A stretch of 55,949 bases of DNA from a bacterium (GTDB lineage Bacteria > Patescibacteriota > Minisyncoccia > Phycocordibacterales > Phycocordibacteraceae). The position numbers and the translations under genes were made by a program. Under the pieces are notes generated by a model. That model was not told the origin of the DNA, searched no databases, and saw only the letters and a list, made by a program, of their open reading frames with translations. This document shows, in pieces, positions 26,455-34,433 of this stretch (position 1 is its first letter; the number at the start of each line of letters is the position of its first letter). The DNA is taken from contig JAHFMM010000001.1 in the NCBI GenBank assembly GCA_023264495.1, positions 1-55,949 of the forward strand, read 5' to 3'.

Positions 26455-27065
26455 TTTTTGATTTCTTGACTCCCTGTCTCGAGCTTGTCGAGAGATTTCT
26501 CGCGTTTCGCTTGAGCGATAAGGTCTCGTTCGATAACGCCAGCAAAACCCTTTGGACTCTTCGCGATCGGTTCAGCGATCTTGTAGGCGTAGGGGATACG
26601 GGTAACGAACTTCTCGAGGCGTGTCTTGAGGAACTCCTCATCCATACTCTTGTAGCGACCTTTGAGGAAGAGTTCGGCACGGACCCGGTGCCCTTCGGCG
26701 AGCCATTCGGCGGCCTTTTTGGCCTTGAGCATCATATCGTTGTCGCCGGTGCCAACCTTAATCTGGACCTCCTTTGTTTCGGATACTTTTACCTTCGCCT
26801 TAGCGATTTTCTCCTTCTTGCTTCGCTCATACTCGAATTTACCATAATCCATGATCTTCGCAACGGGCGGGGTCGCCGAGGGCGAAATCTCGATAAGGTC
26901 CTGTTCGGCTGCCTTTGCAGCCGTGAGAGCGTCAGCGAGCGAAATAACCCCCAGATTCTCGCCGTTTGCACCAATAACGCGCAACTCCTGCGCGCGTATC
27001 TCTGTATTGATGCGAAGTCGGTCGGTAGCCACTGGAAGTAGCTTGAATATAGCAGAAAAGGTCAT
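26451..27065 (-). CDS. infC: translation initiation factor IF-3
   Basis: RINTEIRAQELRVIGANGENLGV, in the infC-rpmI-rplT order. The start codon is uncertain (ATG 27065 or TTG 27074). Confidence 0.9.
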   Translation of the reverse strand: MTFSAIFKLLPVATDRLRINTEIRAQELRVIGANGENLGVISLADALTAAKAAEQDLIEISPSATPPVAKIMDYGKFEYERSKKEKIAKAKVKVSETKEVQIKVGTGDNDMMLKAKKAAEWLAEGHRVRAELFLKGRYKSMDEEFLKTRLEKFVTRIPYAYKIAEPIAKSPKGFAGVIERDLIAQAKREKSLDKLETGSQEIKK

Positions 27066-27164
27066 CGGGCGCAAACTTCAGTCTTCTCCAGACATGTCAC
27101 AGACGTATTCTTTGACAAAAGATGTCGGGGGTACCATAACGTCATTAATAATAAGTCATTATTT

Positions 27165-27551
27165 ATGTCTGAAGGAACACCGCAACTCACCCCAGAGGGA
27201 ATAGCTAATCCTCGTGAGAAATTCAGAGATCCAGGAAGTGAGCAGCTTAAAGACCCAGAATTTATAAAGGCACTAGAGGAATTAAAGACTGTTTATTCAC
27301 GGAGGTTACACGAAATAAGAGAAAAGATTTCTGTAATGGAAGCAGACAAAGAAGTCCTGCATTCTGTACAAGAGTTCATGCTATCCAAGAATATTCGTTT
27401 GCATGTGCGTATTCCACGAGAGCTTGAAAAAGGTAATCCAGGCAGTGGACAACTGTACGCTGGGAATGATTTTGAGTTGCTTACGCGACAAGAGAAATGG
27501 CATATGGCGCGTCTATCTGAAGTTAAGAAGATGCTATTGGGTGACTTTTGA
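27165..27551 (+). CDS. hypothetical protein (128 aa)
   Basis: ORF in a stretch that looks AT-rich by eye. No family recognised and no SD. Confidence 0.4.
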   Translation: MSEGTPQLTPEGIANPREKFRDPGSEQLKDPEFIKALEELKTVYSRRLHEIREKISVMEADKEVLHSVQEFMLSKNIRLHVRIPRELEKGNPGSGQLYAGNDFELLTRQEKWHMARLSEVKKMLLGDF

Positions 27552-27575
27552 AGACGCAATCAAATGTGGTACACT
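27548..27575 (+). promoter_or_regulatory. promoter of the second TA pair (leaderless)
   Basis: TTGAAG, 16-nt spacer, TGGTACACT. The ATG follows 7 nt downstream. Confidence 0.45.
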
Positions 27576-27582
27576 TCGACCT

Positions 27583-27777
27583 ATGACCACCGCCCAGCTC
27601 AACAAGCAGATAGGGAGTATCGTCGAGCAGAAACTCCTCGAGTTTTTGGGCGACCCTGATGAAGGGCTTGAACTCAAGAAATCATTTATCACTGAGCTCA
27701 AGAAGAGCATAAAGACGAAAGGGAAGACCGTACCGCTCTCGATAGTAATGAAGAAGTATGGCATCCGTCGAGTTTAG
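27583..27777 (+). CDS. putative antitoxin (64 aa)
   Basis: Overlaps the downstream RelE/ParE toxin by 20 nt. The ATG at 27583 was chosen inside the 27403..27777 ORF. Confidence 0.5.
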   Translation: MTTAQLNKQIGSIVEQKLLEFLGDPDEGLELKKSFITELKKSIKTKGKTVPLSIVMKKYGIRRV

Positions 27778-28009
27778 GGCGCATGCATTGAAGGAACTCG
27801 AAGAACTCGACCCCGTCATCGGAGAACGCATTGTCGAGAAGATATTTTGGCTTGAGAAGAATTTTGTTCTCGTCACGCCCGAGAGATTGCACTACAACTT
27901 TCGAGAACTGTATAAACTCCGCGTTGGTGATTATCGAGCGGTGTATTCCCTCAAGGGAGAGGTCATCACGATTGAAAAGGTGCGGCATCGACGAGAGGTC
28001 TACAAATAA
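27758..28009 (+). CDS. RelE/ParE-family toxin
   Basis: LYKLRVGDYRAVYSLKGEVITIEKVRHRREVY signature. Confidence 0.8.
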   Translation: MASVEFRAHALKELEELDPVIGERIVEKIFWLEKNFVLVTPERLHYNFRELYKLRVGDYRAVYSLKGEVITIEKVRHRREVYK

Positions 28010-28023
28010 CTCTGTCACCCAAT

Positions 28024-28938
28024 CTACTTCGCGAGCTGACTCGGAGAGGAGAGGACGATTTCGGCCTTGCCTTGGTAAGAAGAGATCTTGCCAGAGATTG
28101 TGACAGTTTTGCCAGTATAGCGGGAAAGGTCGCCGAATTTTTTCGCATCATCAGCGAAGATAACAGCCGAGAATGGGCAGGTCTTATAGTCCTTACAGAA
28201 ATCGAGAAAGACAGTTCCGCTCTTGCTTGTGTATGCACGCATGAGCGTGGCGTGCACATAGGCAACTTCACCGATGTGTTTTGGCGCCTCAGTGTAATCG
28301 ATAGTGCCGATAGAAACGTTCGCGGCCGCATTCGCGGCCGCGGTATTACCGGCATATGCGGTGAAGAGTTGTCGCAAGATATTCTCATAGGCCTGTCGAA
28401 GTCCGGAATCAGTTCCTATTTCGAGTATTTCATCATTTATCGTTGTTGCCGAGCTTGTCCAGTTGTAGCTCCCCGTCGCATATGCTTTCTCTGTTACGAG
28501 TGTTTTGATATGCATGATGCCGTTGCCCGTCAAATGTTTTTCAAAAACGATTGGAATACCGGCATCTTGGAGTTCTTTAAGAATTGGTGCGCCATAACTT
28601 CCTGTCGCTTGACTCATATCTAGTACGCCGCGCACATCGACTCCGCGCCCTTTTGCGGCAATAAGCGCATCAGCAACTGATGAGAGTGTGAAAGTATAGA
28701 TTGCAAAATAGATGCGATCATGAGCATCAGCAATGAGAGCTATAAGTTCTTTGTCGTTCTGTTTCTTATCGAGACTGTAGATGACACGCACCGTGCCGAG
28801 TGTTGGCGCAGTTACCGTTTGTGCTTGCACGCTCACGCATGCGCCACTTGGAGCACCCCCGCTCATGGTGTACCCGATCCCACCCGCCGCGAGCGCGATT
28901 ACCGCGACCGCTCCTACTCGCAACATCTTTTGTTTCAT
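28024..28938 (-). CDS. membrane-anchored/secreted PLD-family (HKD) nuclease with a C-terminal OB-fold-like domain
   Basis: N-terminal hydrophobic segment and a single HKD motif (MHIKTLVTEKAYATGSYNWT). The C-terminal approximately 90 aa look OB-like. Confidence 0.8.
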   Translation of the reverse strand: MKQKMLRVGAVAVIALAAGGIGYTMSGGAPSGACVSVQAQTVTAPTLGTVRVIYSLDKKQNDKELIALIADAHDRIYFAIYTFTLSSVADALIAAKGRGVDVRGVLDMSQATGSYGAPILKELQDAGIPIVFEKHLTGNGIMHIKTLVTEKAYATGSYNWTSSATTINDEILEIGTDSGLRQAYENILRQLFTAYAGNTAAANAAANVSIGTIDYTEAPKHIGEVAYVHATLMRAYTSKSGTVFLDFCKDYKTCPFSAVIFADDAKKFGDLSRYTGKTVTISGKISSYQGKAEIVLSSPSQLAK

Positions 28939-28958
28939 GCATCCAGTATACTGTGCGC

Positions 28959-29660
28959 ATGGCACTTGTATTTGATATAGAAACAGTCGGAGAAGCGTGG
29001 GATGCGCTCGATGAGACGACACAGCACAATCTCGCATGGTATCTCAAAGAATCGTCCCGCTCTGAAGAAGAATACGAATATGAAATGAAAGAGCTTCGCG
29101 AAGGAATGGGGCTCTCGCCCTTGACGGGATTCATCGTCGCGATTGGGGTCTATGACACCGAAACGAAAAAAGGTGCGGTGTACTATGATGCGCGCGATAC
29201 GCAGAGTGAGCCGTATGAAGAGGAGGGCATCAAGTATGAAGCGATGGGGGAGAAAGAGATGCTTGAACAGTTTTGGAAGGTTGCGGGTGTTTGCCACGAA
29301 TTCGTATCGTTTAATGGACGTGGTTTTGATGCGCCATTTCTCGCTATCCGTTCGATGGTGCACGGCGTGAAGCCGACAAGGGACCTGCTCTCCAACCGCT
29401 ATCTTTCGATGCAACGCGGGTGCACCCACATCGACCTTATGGATCAACTTACTTTCTACGGTGCGGCACGCTTCAGGAAGAGTCTGCACCTGTTTTGTCG
29501 TGCGCTCGGTATCGAGAGCCCTAAGGCAGGAGGCACGACCGGAGACGATGTCGCGGCGCTCTACGCTGCAGGAAAATATGCGGACATCGCGCACTATAAT
29601 GCTGGCGATCTATTTGCAACCGCAGCTCTTTACGAGCGTTGGCACAATACCTTGCGCTAA
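28959..29660 (+). CDS. RNase H-fold 3'-5' exonuclease (PolB-exonuclease-like, PF10108-type)
   Basis: MALVFDIET..., FNGRGFDAPFL, HIDLMD and YNAGDL motifs. Confidence 0.75.
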   Translation: MALVFDIETVGEAWDALDETTQHNLAWYLKESSRSEEEYEYEMKELREGMGLSPLTGFIVAIGVYDTETKKGAVYYDARDTQSEPYEEEGIKYEAMGEKEMLEQFWKVAGVCHEFVSFNGRGFDAPFLAIRSMVHGVKPTRDLLSNRYLSMQRGCTHIDLMDQLTFYGAARFRKSLHLFCRALGIESPKAGGTTGDDVAALYAAGKYADIAHYNAGDLFATAALYERWHNTLR

Positions 29661-29667
29661 AGAGGCG

Positions 29668-30261
29668 TTACTCTGTTACCTTGCGTGCGCGGATAGCGCG
29701 CAGATTGCGGCGGGCAATGAAAAAGAGTGCGATGATAAAGAGTGCGGCGATGGCCCAGCGCGCAGAGCCGAGCCAGCCGGAAGTCGTGTGGCCGAACCAG
29801 TATGAGATGCAGAAAAGGAGAGTTGTCCAGACGGCAGTTGCACCGGTCGCTGTAAGGATAAAGCGCGAGAGCTCTGAACGGAAGAAACCGCTTGCGGTAT
29901 AGGTCGGGAGACGTGCGCCGGGTATGAAGCGCGCGGCAAAGACAGTGAGCACGAAACGCGTCTCAAGCCATGCGCGGAATGGCGCTACTAAATCATGGTC
30001 GACATATTGCGCCAGTCGCGGATGATTGCTCGCGAGCCGACCGATGCTGTAGAGGATAAGATCGCCGAGAATAATCCCAAAGTAAATTGACCCCAGTGCG
30101 AGGTTGAAAGGGATAATCGCATCAGCAGCGAGAATACCGGCGATTATGACGGTGGTGTCCTCGAAGAAGAACACGCCGATTGCAAGGATTATCGGCAAGA
30201 GAAAGACATTCTCGCTCGCGAGACTCGTGAGATAGTGCAGTAGGGTATTGATGTCGGGCAT
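29668..30261 (-). CDS. DedA/VTT-family membrane protein
   Basis: Multi-pass membrane protein with a DedA-like core (FFEDTTVIIAG...ARFIPGARLPT). Confidence 0.85.
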   Translation of the reverse strand: MPDINTLLHYLTSLASENVFLLPIILAIGVFFFEDTTVIIAGILAADAIIPFNLALGSIYFGIILGDLILYSIGRLASNHPRLAQYVDHDLVAPFRAWLETRFVLTVFAARFIPGARLPTYTASGFFRSELSRFILTATGATAVWTTLLFCISYWFGHTTSGWLGSARWAIAALFIIALFFIARRNLRAIRARKVTE

Positions 30262-30332
30262 GCGGGTGCCTACAGTCTAACAGAGAATGTCATGGTTGCA
30301 GAGCGCCCCTAAGGCGCGTACCATAGGGAAAT

Positions 30333-30806
30333 ATGAAACGGCTTGGCGTCGTCGCAATCCTCCTCCTCTCCTTTTTCGGTCTGGCCGATTCGATGTATCT
30401 GGCCCAGCACGAGATGAACGGGACGCCGCTTATTTGCGATATTCAGAACCTTACCGGATGCAACATTGTCGCCTCGAGCGAATATTCAAACCTCTTCGGT
30501 ATTCCGCTCGCCGACTTCGGCATTCTCTTCTACAGCATCATTTTCGTACTCGCAATGCTTGAACTCGTCCTTTTCGATCAGCTCTTACGCCGCACGCTTC
30601 AGGGAGTGGCCTTCGTTGGCGTCCTCTCTTCGATATATTTCACTATCGTGCAAGTGTTCTTCATCGGTGCAATCTGTATCTATTGTTCCGCCTCGGCTGT
30701 CGCAGCACTCGGCATCCTTATTCTTGCAACACTCATCGAGCCGATACGCCGCCGTACCTTTTCTTCTGCTCCTCACTCGCATCTCCCGATGCCGCCGAGG
30801 GTATAG
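30333..30806 (+). CDS. vitamin K epoxide reductase (VKOR) family protein
   Basis: Four-transmembrane protein with loop cysteines (ICD...GCN) and a CIYC redox motif. Confidence 0.8.
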   Translation: MKRLGVVAILLLSFFGLADSMYLAQHEMNGTPLICDIQNLTGCNIVASSEYSNLFGIPLADFGILFYSIIFVLAMLELVLFDQLLRRTLQGVAFVGVLSSIYFTIVQVFFIGAICIYCSASAVAALGILILATLIEPIRRRTFSSAPHSHLPMPPRV

Positions 30807-30815
30807 CCCGCGCGT

Positions 30816-31979
30816 ATGCAACCGACACGCACTACACTCCTCCTCGCACTCATCATCGGAGTCTCGTTGTCTGCGCCGCACGTGCTTGCCGCACCCGCTT
30901 CATTCTCAGCGGCACAATCCCTGAACTCGACGACCTCAGCACCGGGGAATCTCTATGTCGGCGGGACGACCGTGGTGCTCACGGCACCAGTAGCGGGAGA
31001 TTTCACCGCTCTTGGCGGATCAATCGTAACGGCTGCGCCCATCTCGGGCGATGAGCTTCTTCTCGGCGGCTCCATAACCTCGCGTGCGCGCGTGAACGGA
31101 GATTTCCGCGCCATTGCAGGCAGCATCACTATCTCTGAACCGGTGAATGGCGATGTTGTCGCCTTCGGATTGTCGGTATATGACACCGCGCGCGCCGGAG
31201 GGAGTGTCTTTATCGTTGCAGCGAACACGACGCTTGCCGGCGGCGCCGCGGGGCCGGTTACGGTCTACGGCAATAACATCGCCCTCTCTGGTGATTTCGC
31301 TGGAGATGTGCAGGTTACTGCGGGGAGCCGCCTCTCAGTCGCTCCGAACACGACCATCCACGGGAAGCTTTCCTATGAAGCTCCGGAGATGACGAAGATT
31401 CCTGACTCGGCGGTTATTGACGGCGGCGTGGCGTATACGAACGCTTCGTATCTTCCTGACCCGGGCACCTCGCGCATTCTCTCGCTCATAAGCATCGGAT
31501 TCTTCCTCATTATCCGCATCATCGGCACGCTTATTCTCGCCGGCCTCCTCGCCGGCCTCTTCCCAAAGTTTGCAGAGATGCTCGTCGGGCGGATATTCGC
31601 AGAACGCCGCCGCGATCTTCTGCTTGCGCTGCTCCTTGGCTTTGCGGTCATTGTCGCCGCGCCGATTGTTATTGCGCTCCTTTTGCTCACCTTCGTGGGT
31701 ATCGGTCTCGGACTCCTTCTCGGTATCTTGTATGCGCTCCTCGCTCTGCTCGCGCTCCTCTATGCAGGCATCACGCTCGGCGGTCTCATCGTACGATACG
31801 GCATGAAACGCGAGAGTATCGTGTGGCATGATGGCGTGCTCGGCGTCCTTATCCTCTCCTTCGTCACCCTGATCCCGTTTGCGGGGATTCCAATCGTATT
31901 CCTCCTCTCCTGCCTTTCAGCAGGCATGCTTCTCCAGGCATTCTTCCGTTTCGCATTCCTTCGCGAAGAGAATATATAA
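30816..31979 (+). CDS. exported bactofilin-like beta-helix repeat protein with a C-terminal multi-pass membrane domain
   Basis: Signal-like N-terminus, repeated xGDxxxxGGSI motifs, then 4-5 hydrophobic helices. Confidence 0.5.
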   Translation: MQPTRTTLLLALIIGVSLSAPHVLAAPASFSAAQSLNSTTSAPGNLYVGGTTVVLTAPVAGDFTALGGSIVTAAPISGDELLLGGSITSRARVNGDFRAIAGSITISEPVNGDVVAFGLSVYDTARAGGSVFIVAANTTLAGGAAGPVTVYGNNIALSGDFAGDVQVTAGSRLSVAPNTTIHGKLSYEAPEMTKIPDSAVIDGGVAYTNASYLPDPGTSRILSLISIGFFLIIRIIGTLILAGLLAGLFPKFAEMLVGRIFAERRRDLLLALLLGFAVIVAAPIVIALLLLTFVGIGLGLLLGILYALLALLALLYAGITLGGLIVRYGMKRESIVWHDGVLGVLILSFVTLIPFAGIPIVFLLSCLSAGMLLQAFFRFAFLREENI

Positions 31980-31993
31980 CAGCGAGATCATCG

Positions 31994-32659
31994 ATGACTG
32001 TCGTATCTCATGAACGGAAGGCGCGAGCAGAGAAGCTGGTCGCCTATCTGAAGAAGGCATACCCCAAGCCGAAGAGCGAGCTCAATGCGCACACCCCATT
32101 TCAGTTTGTTGCCGCGGTGATTCTCTCGGCGCAATGCACCGACAATGCGGTGAACAAACTGACCGAAACACTTTTCAATAAATATATGACGCCTTGCGAT
32201 TTTGCCGATGCCGATCCTGATCTCTTCACCCGCGAGATCTCCTCGATCCCGTTCTTCCGCAACAAGGCAAGAGCGATCATTGGCGCCGCTAAGATGGTTC
32301 GCGATGATTTCGGCGGCAACGTCCCGAAGACGGCAGCCGAATTAATGCGCTTGCCGGGTGTTGGTTACAAGACCGCGCATGTCGTGCTTGGCGAGGCGCA
32401 TGACACCTGGGAGGGGATTGCGACCGATACGCATGTGAAGCGGTTCGCAAAGCGTTTCGATCTCACCGACCATGATGACCCTACCAAGATTTCAAAAGAT
32501 CTTGAGGCACTCATCCCAAAGAAAGACTGGAAATATGTAAACAACGGCCTTGTGCTCTACGGTCGCTATGTCTGCCCAGCGCGCAAACACGATTGCACTG
32601 ACCATCCTCTCACGAGACTTTGGCCGCCGGCCGGGCTCCGTTGGCCGAGCGCGAAATGA
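31994..32659 (+). CDS. nth: endonuclease III-like HhH-GPD glycosylase
   Basis: LPGVGYKTAHVVL HhH motif and the catalytic D context. The C-terminus retains only CX6C. Confidence 0.9.
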   Translation: MTVVSHERKARAEKLVAYLKKAYPKPKSELNAHTPFQFVAAVILSAQCTDNAVNKLTETLFNKYMTPCDFADADPDLFTREISSIPFFRNKARAIIGAAKMVRDDFGGNVPKTAAELMRLPGVGYKTAHVVLGEAHDTWEGIATDTHVKRFAKRFDLTDHDDPTKISKDLEALIPKKDWKYVNNGLVLYGRYVCPARKHDCTDHPLTRLWPPAGLRWPSAK

Positions 32660-32669
32660 TGCGAAGAAG

Positions 32670-33512
32670 ATGGACACGAACGCTTTTCGGAGACAGGTCT
32701 GGAGATTCTATAAGATGCACGGACGGCATGATCTGCCGTGGCGGAAGACGCATGATCTCTATAGGATTTTGGTATCAGAAGTGATGCTACAGCAAACACA
32801 AGTAGATCGGGTTATTCCATTCTATAAGAGTTTCATCAAGCAATTCCCAACGGCGCGGCGGCTTGCCACCGCGCCGCTTCGCGAGGTGCTTACCTCCTGG
32901 CAAGGACTCGGCTATAACCGCCGTGCAAAGATGCTGCACGAAGCGGCAAAGATAATCGTCAAGGTAGGTGTACCGAAAGATGTCGAAGCGCTTGAACAAT
33001 TGCCGGGTGTCGGCCCATATACGGCTCGTGCGGTTGCTGTGTTTGCGTACAATCAGGACGCTGTTGTTATCGAGACAAATATACGCACGGCTATCATTCA
33101 CCACTTTTCCGCCAATAAATCTGGCCAAAGCCTGGCTTTGGCCAAGGTAAGTGATGAGGATATTGAGAAAGTCCTTTTGCGGGTATTGCCGAAAGGCCTG
33201 CCCGCCAGCAGGCAGGGAAGGTCGAGAGAATGGTATAGCGCGCTCATGGACTATGGCGCACATTTGAAGCAGCAAGGCATCTCGCATAACGCGCGCACAA
33301 AGGCATATGCCAAGCAATCAAGATTCGCGGGCTCGCTGCGCGAAGCCCGCGGAGCGATTCTTCGTGCGCTCGCGCGTGGCCCGCGCAAGCGTGCAACGCT
33401 CGAAAATCTCCTCGGCGTGCCACGCCGATTTCAGGTACAAAAAGCGCTTACCGCGCTCCTTGCTGAAGGTCTCATCTGCTCGTACCGCGGTACATTCACA
33501 CTCGGGGCATAA
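32670..33512 (+). CDS. MutY/EndoIII-like HhH-GPD glycosylase with a C-terminal wHTH-like tail
   Basis: LPWRKTHDLYRILVSEVMLQQTQV and LPGVGPYTARAV motifs. The ATG at 32670 was chosen. Confidence 0.75.
   Translation: MDTNAFRRQVWRFYKMHGRHDLPWRKTHDLYRILVSEVMLQQTQVDRVIPFYKSFIKQFPTARRLATAPLREVLTSWQGLGYNRRAKMLHEAAKIIVKVGVPKDVEALEQLPGVGPYTARAVAVFAYNQDAVVIETNIRTAIIHHFSANKSGQSLALAKVSDEDIEKVLLRVLPKGLPASRQGRSREWYSALMDYGAHLKQQGISHNARTKAYAKQSRFAGSLREARGAILRALARGPRKRATLENLLGVPRRFQVQKALTALLAEGLICSYRGTFTLGA
33122..33144. repeat. TGGCCA-rich palindromic repeat, copy 3 (inside a CDS)
   Basis: TGGCCAAAG-CCTGG-CTTTGGCCA, a perfect 9-bp-stem palindrome translated as SGQSLALAK. Confidence 0.7.
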
Positions 33513-33530
33513 CTGAAAAGATATTTTTGG

Positions 33531-33983
33531 TTATTGTGAAGTAATAGATTTTATTTCTATCTCTTCTCGATTTTCTTCGCTGATGTACTCGACTGTCAAT
33601 ATTTGACCCTCCTTCAAAGAGTCGTACTCATCTCTACTCACCGCTAGTTCCCCTTCGGATTGACCGATTTTTATGTAGATAAGAAATTGATGGGTAGTTG
33701 GTCTTGAAACGTACCCGACCACACCACCAGGTTGTGTATGTATTTCTTTTCGTGAAATCGTTCCTGTTCCAATATGGGTGTGTTCTCTTTCCTCTTTTTT
33801 ATCTTTTTCAATTTTGTCTTTCAAAAGATTTCCTAGTAATCCTCCAGTAGCGAGGACCCCACCAGCTACGACAATTTTCTTTAAGAAGTTCCTTCGACTT
33901 ATCCTGGTATTCTCCTCCTCCTCCGCCTTCTTTTCCTCAGGTGATAGAGGATAATAAGGTTTTCGTTTTTCAGGACCCTCCAT
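33531..33983 (-). CDS. hypothetical membrane-anchored protein (150 aa) with a twin-arginine-like N-terminus
   Basis: SRRNFLKKIVVAGGVLATGG, followed by a small beta-rich domain. AT-rich by eye. Confidence 0.45.
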   Translation of the reverse strand: MEGPEKRKPYYPLSPEEKKAEEEENTRISRRNFLKKIVVAGGVLATGGLLGNLLKDKIEKDKKEEREHTHIGTGTISRKEIHTQPGGVVGYVSRPTTHQFLIYIKIGQSEGELAVSRDEYDSLKEGQILTVEYISEENREEIEIKSITSQ

Positions 33984-34020
33984 ATGTTTTTAATGATATC
34001 ACAGCTACTTGCTAAGTCCT

Positions 34021-34404
34021 CTATATGATTCTTAAAATCAGCTCCCTGAGCTTCTCATTGGTTGCCTCATCGATTTTGAGTTGCCGTGGTGAGATGCTAT
34101 CGGTTTCAATATTGTTACTCTGTGCTGGCAAGACATACACATTTCCGCTCCGCGGATTCTTTCCTGTGACTATCTTCATCCCTTCGGTTTCAAATCTCTT
34201 GATGAGATCATCTATTGAAGTACCGTATCCTGGGAACTCTTGCTCCGTTGTTTTAATCTTGGCATATGCTTCTGGAGCGATGCCGGGGAAAGGGAGACTC
34301 TCATGACTTTCAGCAATCTCCCTAATCAACGCGATGACGCTGTTGATTCTCTGCTCTCGTTCGGTGACAGGACTCTCAACTTTATTTGGTAAACCTTCTG
34401 ACAT
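34021..34404 (-). CDS. hypothetical protein (127 aa)
   Basis: TGATATGCT extended -10 lies 6 nt before the ATG. No family recognised. Confidence 0.45.
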   Translation of the reverse strand: MSEGLPNKVESPVTEREQRINSVIALIREIAESHESLPFPGIAPEAYAKIKTTEQEFPGYGTSIDDLIKRFETEGMKIVTGKNPRSGNVYVLPAQSNNIETDSISPRQLKIDEATNEKLRELILRII

Positions 34405-34433
34405 AAACAGAGCATATCACTTTTTCAAGGCGA

